64,000 nucleotides of DNA from Podarcis liolepis (Eukaryota): assembly GCA_965112155.1 (NCBI GenBank), contig OZ218102.1. The stretch is one strand, 5' to 3'. Under the pieces are notes generated by a model. The model saw only the letters and a program-made list of their open reading frames with translations, was not told the DNA's origin and searched no databases. The translations under genes were made by a program, and so were the position numbers. Shown here one piece after another: positions 1-11,903 of the stretch. How positions within the stretch are numbered: position 1 is the stretch's first letter; every line of letters begins with the position of its first letter.

Positions 1-242
1 TTTCCGGCTGAAGGCAGAAATGCATTTTGCATTAATAAATTGTTTTGAAATGGGTTTAAGGAATATTTCATTATAGATGAAAGACAGCTAACAAACTGTA
101 TTTGGTGGTCTCTCAATCACGCCTACCTGTGGCCTGTTTGTGGGGCTAAGCATTTATCAGTGTGGCAGGAAATATTATACATGTGATAGACAGCTATTAG
201 TTCTCCTCAAGCAGAAGTCCTCATACCTTATATTCTCAACGC

Positions 243-390
243 NNNNNNNNNNNNNNNNNNNNNNNNNNNNNNNNNNNNNNNNNNNNNNNNNNNNNNNNNN
301 NNNNNNNNNNNNNNNNNNNNNNNNNNNNNNNNNNNNNNNNNNNNNNNNNNNNNNNNNNNNNNNNNNNNNNNNNNNNNNNNNNNNNNNNNN
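243..390. other. Assembly gap (N run)
   Basis: 148 consecutive N. Confidence 0.99.
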
Positions 391-774
391 ATTCCATGAG
401 TCTGGAGACATGCTGGTTTCTAATAGAAAAGCTTGCACTGAGGCCTTCCTGCCAGTGACCACTTCATCTGAGGTATTTTGCACCTGCCTCAATCCAATTA
501 GATGACATAATTAATGAATCTCAATGCACTTGATAATTTGTTATACAAAAGGAAGAATGTTTTGGCACATCCATTAAATTCTGATCTACAGCCCTTTACA
601 GAGAGGGAGAGTGTTGAATGAAACCAAACATGAGAGTACAGTTGAAGCCTTATTGCTCAGAGTGGTGTGTACTGCATGTATTTTGTGAGTAAATAGTCAA
701 ATGAAGGTTACCCAAATGAATGGGTTTCCTCTACTAGCAAATGGAAGGAAGCAAACTGTGTGCGCGTGTGCAGC

Positions 775-776
775 CA

Positions 777-846
<70 letters not shown>
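775..846. repeat. Compound (CA)n(GA)n microsatellite
   Basis: Direct reading. Confidence 0.97.
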
Positions 847-848
<2 letters not shown>

Positions 849-3800
849 CACTCAAGCCATCTTGCTTCTTTTATGACAAATTAAATGGTATGATTAGAGT
901 AAGTAGTCAGGAAGTATTGTTTCCCAGCCAGTCTAATCAATGTTTCCTTGGTTAAGTATCAGTTACAGTTTTACATATCGCAGTCCTTTTGCACCTGTTC
1001 TATGGAACCAACAAATAGGCACTCAGTCTATTTTACAGCAAGAGAAAGCATGCCCAAGATAAAGAGAGAAGGCAGGCCACTGGTAATTCTGTCACTAAGA
1101 GACGACAGGAGCAGATTTTGTTTAGAGACTTTGAAAAACAATTAGCCGAGGATTAGAGGACTAAAAGGCCTTTCCTAGCAGTACCTGGAAAATACTTTGC
1201 CCATTTAATGCCTTCTAAGCTGTCATTGTGCTTGAACTTCAGTCCTAGTGATTAATGAAAAGCTGGAGGGCACAGCTTGGAGCTAAAGTCTCAATTATGA
1301 AAAAGCAGTAACTAGTTTAATGTGCTGATGCTTTTATACGTAAAGTGACAGCTGTGAAAAATGGCAATATTTCCAATCATGCTTTAATAATTTATCATTA
1401 ATTTATTGGCATGTCCAACATACTTCCAGTCCCCCCCCCCCCTTCATGGTGGCTTGATGTAGGGAAGAACAAGATCTGTTGCAAGTCTGGGAGGCTCAAC
1501 TTTCTTTTAATGAATAACAGCCCAGTCCTCAAAATCTGCTTCAGTTGCAGGAGCAAGGTTAGTAACTGACTAGTATTGAGGAAATTGCTGCTGCCGTTAA
1601 CACTACCACTATTGTATCTACTACCACTAGTAATAGTGTCATTCAGGGTACTTCGAAAATCAGCCTACCCATCAGTTAAGATCGTCATCAGAGGCCCTTC
1701 TCCATCTGCTCCCTCCATGGAAGGTTGCATGGATGTCTAATGGATAAAGGCAGCAGCAAGGAGCCACAACCCTGAAATTCCCTCTCACAAAAAATTCGAC
1801 AGCATTGCCAAGTCCATTCTGTTGACCAAAGCTTTAAATAGCAAGCAACATCAACTGCCTTGTTGTGCATGTATTGTTGTTTTACCAGTATCAACGGTTT
1901 AGTTTTTGGAGAATAAACAACAACAACAACAACATATATTAATATTAATATTAATAAGATTTCAAAATAATCCATTGGGTTAAAAAAAATTGGTTGCAAA
2001 CTGCCTTGGAGACTTCTGTAGTGGAAAAATAGGATATCATTTTAAATAAATAAGTACTATTACCACTGCCAGCATATTCTATCTGTGCCAGGTATAACAT
2101 AGAATAGCAGTGGAGCGGTTTCAATCTTCTACTTGACAAAATAAAAGAGTGGTTCTTCTTGAGGAGGAGTTGACACTGATTCTGGGATTTAATGGTCATG
2201 ATTTTACTGTGGAACATTCAACTAATTATATACCCATCTATTTTAGTCTATTCTTGGTTTTAATTATCTTTTGAATGTTTTGAATGTTTCTAAATACCTG
2301 TTTTTAACAGTCTTTTATTGATTATTTTAACGCTTTTTTGTAAACTGCTGAGAGGTTTTAGTACAATCAAGATGGATACAGGCATATACATTTTGTGCGC
2401 ATTCAAAGAACGCATGACCGTGCACACATGCGCCATTTTTGGACCAAGAAGAGGGCATGATGGGGCAGAGCAGGCTTATGCATGCTCCACCGAGGCATGC
2501 AATGACTGGGAACATGACCCCCACGCAAAACAGGGGTTTTATACAGGGGCTGCTGTATACATTTTGTTAAATTAAAAAATACAATATTGCGCGCAGCAAT
2601 ACCAAGAAGCTAATTTAACTGCTTAAAATAAGCAACACTGTATAAAACAGCACAAATAAGCCAACATAATTAAATAACTGAAACTAAAAGGAAGAGAATA
2701 TGTTACCAGTACAAAAGTAGAAGAAAACCTGAGGCAAACTGTATCCTGGAAAGTCTTGCAGGCAAAATGGGCGCTTTACTTCTTTTAAAACAAGAACACT
2801 CAAATGGTTTCATCTAAGATTACACGTGTTTCTTATTGATTTGAATTGAGCTTTAGTCTTGCTATCTTGATTGATTTTTATCTGACTCTGTTTTGTGGGT
2901 TTTAATTATGCTCTTTCCTTTATTATTATGCTGCTGCTGTTTTATTGTGAATTTGTATTTTAAGTACTCTTGTGTGAGCCACCTTGAGGGCCTTTTAGGG
3001 GGAATGACAGGAAATCAGGGCCCAGTTTACTGTTAGGCAGAGTGAGGCAGTGGAAGAGTGGCAGCTGGAAGACCGTTGTGGGGTGGCTGCTTGTCAGGTG
3101 AAGTGCTGCAGTCCGACTATCTGGTGTTGAGGTAAGATTCAACTGCAGCTTGGAGCAGGGCTTTCAGTATGGTTGCCTCTGCTCTGTGGAACAGCATTCC
3201 TGTCAAGATAGGAAGACATTTTTGTTCTGACATCCTTTCCCAAATGGATGACTAAATCTCTGCCAAAGGTATTTATTTTGTATTGTTTTAAAAATTATCT
3301 TCTGATATTTTTGTGCTATTTTAAACTGTTTTCCAGCAGTTTTATATCTTTTGCACATTGCCTTGGGACCATTGTGGAAGGGAATTAATTGTTGTTGTTG
3401 TTGTTGTTGGTAATCACTATCATCATTAGCTGCCAAACCGGTCGACTTCTATGTATGGGTGGGAGAAGACGACAGTAGTGTAGCATTGGGGGTGGGGGCA
3501 AAGGGACAGTTGCCTCCAGTGCAAAATTGTCAGAGGTGCAAAACTTCAACAACCTTCCTCAATACAGCTGCACACTTCCATTGCTGGGTTCTGTTGAAAA
3601 TGGCTTCTCCATGCAAACCAGGAAATGACCTCTCCAGGCAACAGAACAACTCTTCTATTCTTATCTATGTGGCTGTGAACTCCTGGGTGATGTGGATGCT
3701 GTTAGGCAGTTGAATGCTCATGTGTACTCCATTCGTTTCCCTCCCACTCACCCACTCCTCCACGTAGCCCCGGTCACTGGCAACACACGCTACACCACTG

Positions 3801-3972
3801 GAAGTTGATATCATTTTGCCCTTTGCCAGAAGCAGCAATATGTCTTGGGTCAACCCTGAAGGAAATAAGTGTTTTGAGTACTGAAAGAAACATGAACATA
3901 TCCTGCACATGTGCATTGGATACTAAAGCAATTCTGCCACACATGGGTGTCAAATAGCCTTGATATGCAGAA

Positions 3973-4143
3973 GAGGGGCTGTAGCAAAGTGGTAGCACAT
4001 CTGCTTTGCATCGATCCCTGGCATCTCAAGGTGTGGCTAGGGGTGACCCCTGTCTGAAATCCAGGAGAGCCACTGCCAGACACTGTAGACTATGTTGAGC
4101 TAGAGGGACCAATGGCTTTACTTAGGTATAAGGCAGTTTCCTG
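3973..4143 (+). mobile_element. tRNA-derived squamate SINE, degraded
   Basis: Box-A-like head GGGGCTGTAGCAAAGTGGTAG; body and tail shared with copies near 9525-9690 (-), 50896-51185 (-) and 57700-57905 (+). Confidence 0.65.
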
Positions 4144-5591
4144 TATACCAAGTTCATGGGGGTGGAAGGGCACACCTGGCTGTTAGAATTCCTGCTCCAT
4201 GTTTGCAGTCATGGGATTGTTGTCTCTGCTAGGGTGCTACTTGAGTGTAGGCTGAGCTCCTGACACTGGCATCCCTAAAACACCTTCCCTAGTACAAGGG
4301 CAGGCATTTCTGAAGCAAGACTGAGAGGACAGCTTCCGATGACCTTGTGAAGGCTATTGATCACACTTGTGTTCTCTGGCTTCCAAAAAGAGAGTTCCTC
4401 TCATCCTAATAAATTTCTGTGAAATTTATTGGCTTTCTCCTTTTCATAAAAATATTTTCAAAACCAATAAAAGGTGCGTTAGAAAGAACCAATACTTGAT
4501 TATGTGTAAATTTAAACCAGAAATGAATGAATATTGCATTGCTTTAAAAATAATCAGCAATCCATTTCAACAATCCATTTCAGAACTGTATACTGAATAA
4601 TAGCAGGCTTTATGGAAATCAAAGAGAGAAAGCTAACGTCCAGCTCCAGATGTTGACCATACACCAGATGACCAAACAGCTACATTGGAGGCTAATATTT
4701 TAAATTTGAAAGCAGTAAAACTCTACATAAATGTATGCTTTCCCATACAGAGGCACCAACTTCTCAAGATGACTGAGGGGGCCCAGCCCCCTAAGAAAAA
4801 TCAGGTTGGGACCCAAAGTGCCTCGGCCCCCAGGAGCTGGTGCCTATATTCCAATATATTATCTCAGTAGTCTATAATAGCATACGGATATTATTGGCCA
4901 TATATATTACAGAATGGGTGGGACTAAGGATGAGATGAGAGTGTGCTTCTCTATGGAAAAATTTGAACCTGGGTCCCCCTGATTCACAGAATACTCTCTT
5001 CATGCCATCACTCTACTGAACTACATTTATTCCACTTCTTCTTCAGAAAAACTAAATATATCTTGTGAGTCTAGTGGTTGTTATCAAGCTTGGTGTCATG
5101 CAAAATCCTTGGGCAGCTGGATCTAGTCATCATCTAGGAGCCACTATCTGAAGATTTGCCAGTGCCCCAGAGCAATGATGCATCATGGGCTTCATGGAAA
5201 ATTAATTTCGTACTTCTCAGGTGTCCAGTAGTGACTAGGGTAGTTCTGGGGCTCACTCAGATAAGAAGAGGCCCACTGACAAAGTACCACCCGAGGTCCC
5301 TCTGATGCCCCCATGTCAGTAGTGAACAGTGTGATAAAGTGGTGGTGCTCACCTGAAAGCTGAGTCTGCCACTTACCAGGAAGAGTGCAGCAGTGGTGGG
5401 GTCAGTGCAGTGCAAATGCTCTGGCAGAGGCAATCCGCTCCCCCTATTGGTGTGTTTGCACCATGCCAACCTTCCCACTGCCTCCCCCTCCCCTCCCTCA
5501 GCTGATTGGGAGGTCAAGTGAGCACTGTCAACCCAACATAGTGTCCACTATTAAGAGTGCTTCCAGACAGGGACTTAATATTGCAAATGGG

Positions 5592-6109
5592 TATCAGGGA
5601 CTGGGCAGAGGAGGAATGGTGGAGACTGGCTCCCCATCCTGACCCTTTCAGGGAGGAGGAAGAAGAAGACAGTATAGATTTACAACAGTGGTTTTTGCAG
5701 GAGGTCGCAGCTGAGAGGCAGATGAGGGGGAAAGCTGGGAAATGGGAGAGGAGGAGGAGGGAGAGGAAGCACCAGGGGGGGGCAACAGCTGACTGACACA
5801 GTGTCTTTAGAAAGCATTCCAGACCCCACTCCTCTCCCAGAACCCAGTGAGTCTAGAAATTAGGAGAGCAAAGAACTCAGAGACAGAGGGCACTTCAGCA
5901 CCTGTAGAAGAGACAATGAAATTGACAAATGAGGAAGTGGAAAAGATGGTGGGTAGAGATTCACTTGAGACAACGCCATTATGCAAGAGGCTGGGTTCTA
6001 TAGCCGCTCTCTGTAAACACTGAATAAAAAGCGGACGGTAAGAAACATTTCCTTGTCTTTGTATGTTCCTGGGCAACTGGCCGTGGGAGTTCCTGGCAGC
6101 AGTCTGACA
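5592..6109 (+). mobile_element. Solo LTR (Gypsy-like), 518 bp
   Basis: Ends TATCAG (TG>TA)...CTGACA; 5-bp TSD ATGGG at 5587-5591 and 6110-6114; AATAAA at 6023-6028; homologous to 21552-21983 (-). Confidence 0.8.
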
Positions 6110-6352
6110 ATGGGTCACTGAGCCATTGACAACAGGGTTTTTATTTGTTAGTTTTTGTTTTTGCAGAAAGTGGCCATCCTGATTAAATGGGGGGGGGGGA
6201 GGTAGGGCTGACATTTTGGTGCTGATGGCGTCGTATGGATGCTGCAAGAAGCTTCCATGCATGAGCAGCACTGACCCCATGACAAATACCCACCCAGAAG
6301 CAGCTTCAAGTATAGGACACCTGCCTCTTTTTGAACATGACTGCCTGTCAGT

Positions 6353-6812
6353 TAGGGATGGGTGAATCTGTCAATTTCTGTTCCTCTCCCATTCTAATTC
6401 TTCCAATCTCAAAGGTTCTTTCTCCATATTTCCACATCAGTTTGTGGGTGTTGTTTTTTTTTTAAAAAGTTCTCATGAAAATTAACTAGTATTTTAGTGA
6501 ATTTCTTGTAACGTACACATTTTTCTGTGCAGTTTTACTTAATATACACATCTTCGTCCATCAGTTTCCCCTAATATAAGTTTTGTATGCTAGTTTCACT
6601 AACAGATATCCATTTTTAATTCATGTTCTGCCATAGTATATGCTTGGGGTGTGGTGTGGTATACATTACTTGGCTGGAGAACTGCATTACAAAATTCAGA
6701 GAAGTGAAACTTTTGAAGGATATCTGTGTTTTGGTCCACATACTGTTTCAGGAAGTGCTGTTTAGGTAGGTTTAAATGGGAACTGGGATCCAATAATACA
6801 ATTTCTCCCCTA
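6353..6812 (+). mobile_element. Old non-autonomous DNA transposon (TAGGGATG-type end), degraded
   Basis: Starts TAGGGATGGG; internal sequence resembles about 49990-50360 and, in reverse, about 42380-42790; boundaries approximate. Confidence 0.4.
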
Positions 6813-9385
6813 ACCCTACTGTCAGCACATTCGTGTGAGTGGACATGAGCAGCACGTTTGATGCCTTTGTAAGATAGCTTGTGTGTAACGTATGATGGGA
6901 CAGTGCAGCAGTAAGAAGGTGGTGATGCTAATCTCCATGATGTAAGACACTTGACATCATTGCAATAGACTGCTCCCACTCTTAAGAAGTAGGCATAGCT
7001 GAGTGCATGAGTGTAACTGCAAGTGTGATGGGGGTGGCTATAGAATCCTCTGTGTGTGACAAAGGGAAGCCCACTCTCATATACATATGCACCCAACTCA
7101 CTTCTTGGTACCACTAGCTTCTCCTTTGTGTAAGTCTCAGAGAAATTTGTGTGCTTGGGCTAGCAGTGATGCCTGTCTCTACAAAGAACACACTAGAATA
7201 GGAAAATTACGGATTGCTTATATTTGATCTAGGAAGAATTCGAATGAAAACAGAACCTTGTTTGGGTTGGACCTGAGAGTACTGGAGAAAGGAGTTTGTT
7301 TGGCTGGTTGGGTTTTTATGTGACTGGCTCAATGCCATGCAGAAGAAAAACAATCAGGGTTGCCAACTTTTCACCAGACGCTGCACCTGTGCCTTTAGCA
7401 GTTGTCTGATTGCCAGATATGCAAATGCAAGCTATTAATTTATCAATTAATTGTCCAAATTGCATTAATTAGGTGACATACCTCATACATGCATATCTTA
7501 TACAAACCAATATTAAATAATGGGTTCAGTTGCTGTGTTATTTTAGTGGTGAAATATATTACGAGATTGTGGTTTTATCTTTATTTGTAATATTTATTTA
7601 TTTGTAATATTTTATTGCGCTTACTGTGTTTTGTTTGAAATACTTGTAAACTGCTTAGAATATTGTGTGCTGTTTTGTTCTTGATAGCTGGCAACCTTAA
7701 AACAAAGCATATTATTATTTAGCACTGGTTTATATGTGTATTAGGGATGTCACCTAATTAATGCAATTTAGGCCATAACTTTTTGAGCTTTAATTAGTAG
7801 CTTAAATCTGAACGGATGTGCCCATGAATTAAACAAATGTGTGCGTGCTTTTGTGTATAATAATGTGAACCTTTTTAGAATATACTTATGCTCCCAACTT
7901 TTTTTGAGAAGGTGAAGATTTTATTACAAGTGTACATACAGTTAAATTCCTCTTCAGTGAGAGTTGCCCAATTCACTAAGGGCATATTTATTTTAGATAA
8001 TAAAAATGTTTTACAGAGCTGTCCGAACTACAGCTGGTGAACGCTGGAACAGCAGATCCACTACTACGTCCCAAGCCATTTCAGGGCAGAAGTGAGAGTT
8101 TCCTGCCTCGCACCCATGTCACTATACCAGCTTAAAGCTAGCATAGCTGGGGGCCTAGACTGGACCCCACTCAGGGCAGCTGAAAAGCTTTGGGTCCATT
8201 GGGTCGTGGGTTGCTTTCTCCCACCCTTGCCCTGCTCCATTAACTTGAGATCTCCCAGTGATAGTGTCTCCACTGCTGTGCTTTCTACAGGGACAGCAGG
8301 GGCCTCCTTTGTGACTGAGCCATCCCACCAGCAGAGGTGTGTGGCAGAGGTGGATTTAAAGGAGTGTGGCCAGTTCAGTCACACTAGGCATGGAAGCCTC
8401 AGGGGCACCTCAGAAGATGGCGCAACTATGATTAAGGAACGGAGCATCAGAGGCGGAGGGTGCAACCTTTTGGCGTTGCATGGGATTCCACTGAAATCTG
8501 AGACCCCCCCAAGGTCTTCCACTGTGATCAGTCACCAGACAACCACCTCTGCCATACCCTTATGCCTTCGTGTAGCCAAGTTCAGGGAGTTAGGATTGCC
8601 TCTTAGCTTAATTACATTTATTAATCAAATCAATGCAGTCAAATAAACCAAATGTATTGTGTGGTAGGATTGATAAATTAGCCACTGCAGCTCTAAAATC
8701 ATTTTTTTATATATATAGAAAGCCCATGGTGTTGAATATAGGACCATGTTTTGAAGGGGTCTTGATGTGGTGCTTTCTTGTTAAGGTCAGGGCATACAAT
8801 AAGCTGTTTATTACTCTTATTCAGAAACAAACGCATTTCATCTTTTCTTTTCTTTTCTTTAGAAACTGGTGCTGGTTTCATAACTCTTGAATATTCATGA
8901 GCACAACCTTTTTCAGAGTGCTCTTTTACTATCTTCAGAGCCATTTGAATCTTTCAAGATCCCCCTTTTCTGCTGCTAAGAAGGATCAGAACAATGCTTT
9001 ATTCTGTGTGAATAATGTCTGAAAGAGGGATTTCTCTGTTTTTTACTCCCACTGTTTTAACATGACATTTTGAGGCTCCATTGAATTAATGGTACCTTAA
9101 TCCAAATGTTATTTGTAGAAGAGGCACCAGGTATCTCATTGGTGCCATTAAATACAAAGAGGTCTGGAGAGCCTGCAAATCCAGTCTAATAAGCTCTTTG
9201 ATAGTGTTAAGTATGTGCTCTCACCCAATTCATGACTGTTTAAAGGGAGATAGAAAAGATTATGATATCAGACTTAAACATCAAGTAATGAGTTATTGAT
9301 GGAACCCAAGATATGCCTTTAATGTATGTTACAATTCTTACATCAGCCTTGCCTGGAAGAAATGCTATGGTGCATTCATGTACTG

Positions 9386-9521
9386 CAGGACTGCGGAACA
9401 TTTAACCCTCCAGGTGTTGCTGAACTACAACTCCCATCATCTCTGACATTTGGCCACTCTAATGGGCTGATGGAAGGTGTAGTCCAATAACATCTGGAGG
9501 GCTACTGGTTCCCCATCCCTA
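9386..9521. mobile_element. Palindromic hAT-type MITE, degraded
   Basis: CCCTCCAG..GAACTACAACTCCCATCA / TGATGGAAGGTGTAGTCC..CTGGAGGG arms; same family as 50941-51076. Confidence 0.6.
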
Positions 9522-11869
9522 GTATATAGGAAGTTGTCTTCTATTTAGTTTAGACCATTGCTCCATCTAGCTCAGTATTATCCGGATGGCAGTGACTGCC
9601 CAGGATTTCAGACAGGAGATTTTCCCCATCTGGAGGTGCCATGGATGAATCTTGGGACTTCATGCAGATCATATGCTCTACCACCAAGTTTCCTAAGTTG
9701 CACAACCAGTGCAATCCTAGCAATAGTACAAATTGGTAATCAGTGCAGGTTTAAATCACCAGTGTGTGAGAATGATGGACTTAAATGCACAATGGTCTTT
9801 CTTTGAATTTCTATGCAACTATATGCAGAGTTGCAGTCTTCTTTTTGCAGGGCTCAGGTGCCTTTAACAGCTGACATTTAACAGCAAACATTTAGTACCT
9901 AAAATTTGTTATGCGGATAGAGCAATGAGGAAACTTGATTCCCCCCCCCCTCATTATGCAAATATGAAACGGACAGCATGCCTTTCACAAAACAAAACTG
10001 GCAACCCTAAATAAATTCCAATATGCTGTGGGCTGGATTAAATGAGGCTACAGCTGTGGATCTGTGAACATATTGTGAGCTACTGCATAGGGAAATAGCA
10101 CTGTTTCCTCTGTCTCGGTAAGGCATGCATCAGCAGCAAATACATCAACTCCACCCCACTCAGACCTTTTTGCATACCTAGCAACTAACACATGGCACTA
10201 ATGGAAGGGCAAAAAGTCTGGTGCGCTTAGCAAGACAGAAAGCAAATAAAGGAATATGGTCACTGAGAAATGAGCAACGAGAACACAATGGGGGGAAAGC
10301 AGGCCTGCCCTCCCATTAGGCCGAGTGAAGCAATTGCTTCAGATGACAGATGGTTTGGTCATTTCTCCTGAGCCACCTGTCCATTCCTCTCTAATGGAAG
10401 ATACAGCTCTATGTGCTCCTTCTGTGGAGAAAGGAGGAGGCTGCCTCAGGTTCTCAGGAGCTTGCAAGGTCTTCCTGGCCCTTTCTGGTATCAGAAGTTC
10501 TTACTGGGAGAAGGCATTCTCCAAAATCCCAAAAGATCTTGTAAGACACAGATGCATGGTGAGATGTCTAGCTGCATCTAGACACTCAGTGGGTTTGTGT
10601 GTTGGCCTGAGGAATGGTTGGCCTCAGGTTTGTCCTGATAAATATGAAGTGATCTGAAATCAAGGGAGTGGAGAGAAGATGGCTCCCTGACCCTAAATGG
10701 CACCTTTTGATTTTATTTGCAAAAAAACATATGTCTACCTTGCCAACATTAAGGGGAAAAATATCACAGCAGTGAACAGCATAAAATCGTCAATAACATT
10801 ACATTCATAACACAAGTGCAAAACACATCGCAAATCAGTAGGTCAGCTTAATGCATCAGCATAGCTGGATCCCACCCCTTGGGGAAAGACAGGTGAGTTT
10901 CATGGAGGTGCTTAAAAGCCTGTATTGTGCTTCCCTACGTACCTAATGTTCATTGGTGGTATGATGGGGTGGCAATCCAAATGGCAGGTGCTGCTACACT
11001 AAAGTCCCTGAACTACAAACTTTGGGAGCATACAATACTACTAGGAGTGATTGTCTCAAGGATCAAAGTGACTGGGTGCGGGGATAAAAGGTATGAGGCA
11101 TTTCTGGAGGTAACCTTGATCACACACAGACATCTTTGGAAAAATAAGATGCATTGAAATCAATAGGATTTATCTAAAAGTGTGGTTAGGACTTGGGATG
11201 CCAGACACTCCTTGCATTTCAGAGAAGCTTGCATCTTGCTGGAGAGGGAGAAATAAAAGATGCATATCCCGCTCTCTTCCTTTCACCTGTTGGATTTATT
11301 TGTGAGATTTATCTTGGGGTCCTTCGGAACACTCACAACGTCTCTGATAATTCAATGGTTCCATGTAGGAAAATATAGCACAGGCTAGTAATAACACTGT
11401 GTTATAATGGCCTGTAAAACAAGACATCCAGATTTACACTTTGAGAGCTCTGTTAGTAGTTAATCTGCAGCTGACCACCTGCAGAGGGGAGCTGGAAGAG
11501 CCGCCTTTTGATCTTCTTTGTGAAAGGACCTTAAAGGGTGGGAAGAAAATAGAAGAAAAAATAAATGTGGATGAACCTTAAAAGGTTTTGGTGGAAATAT
11601 TCTGTTTGGAGCCATTTGGTCCTTTGAACAAGAAAAGTCCATATAGGACATTAAATGTATGGCCGTGGAAGGGGAGGGGAAAACATCTGTGTTTTAGGTC
11701 AAGTAGGATCAACATACATTTAATGTAACTCTGCTAACTTCTCACAGGTCACTGCCTGTCTGCTAGACTCATTTGTATGGTTTCTCTTCTCTCAGAGTGG
11801 GTCAATAAAGACACGTCATTTTTCAAACAGAATAGAGGAAATGTGATGAGAATCTCCCCCCTCTCTGAG

Positions 11870-11903
<34 letters not shown>

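Noticed and set aside
140-505. ORFs spanning N runs (also 27081-27438)
   Set aside because: Artefacts of assembly gaps
701-955. RE-repeat and poly-I/N/Q ORFs (also 11777, 57324, 62107)
   Set aside because: Translations of microsatellites
8092-8646. 184-aa ORF
   Set aside because: Non-ATG start, no recognisable domain or splice support
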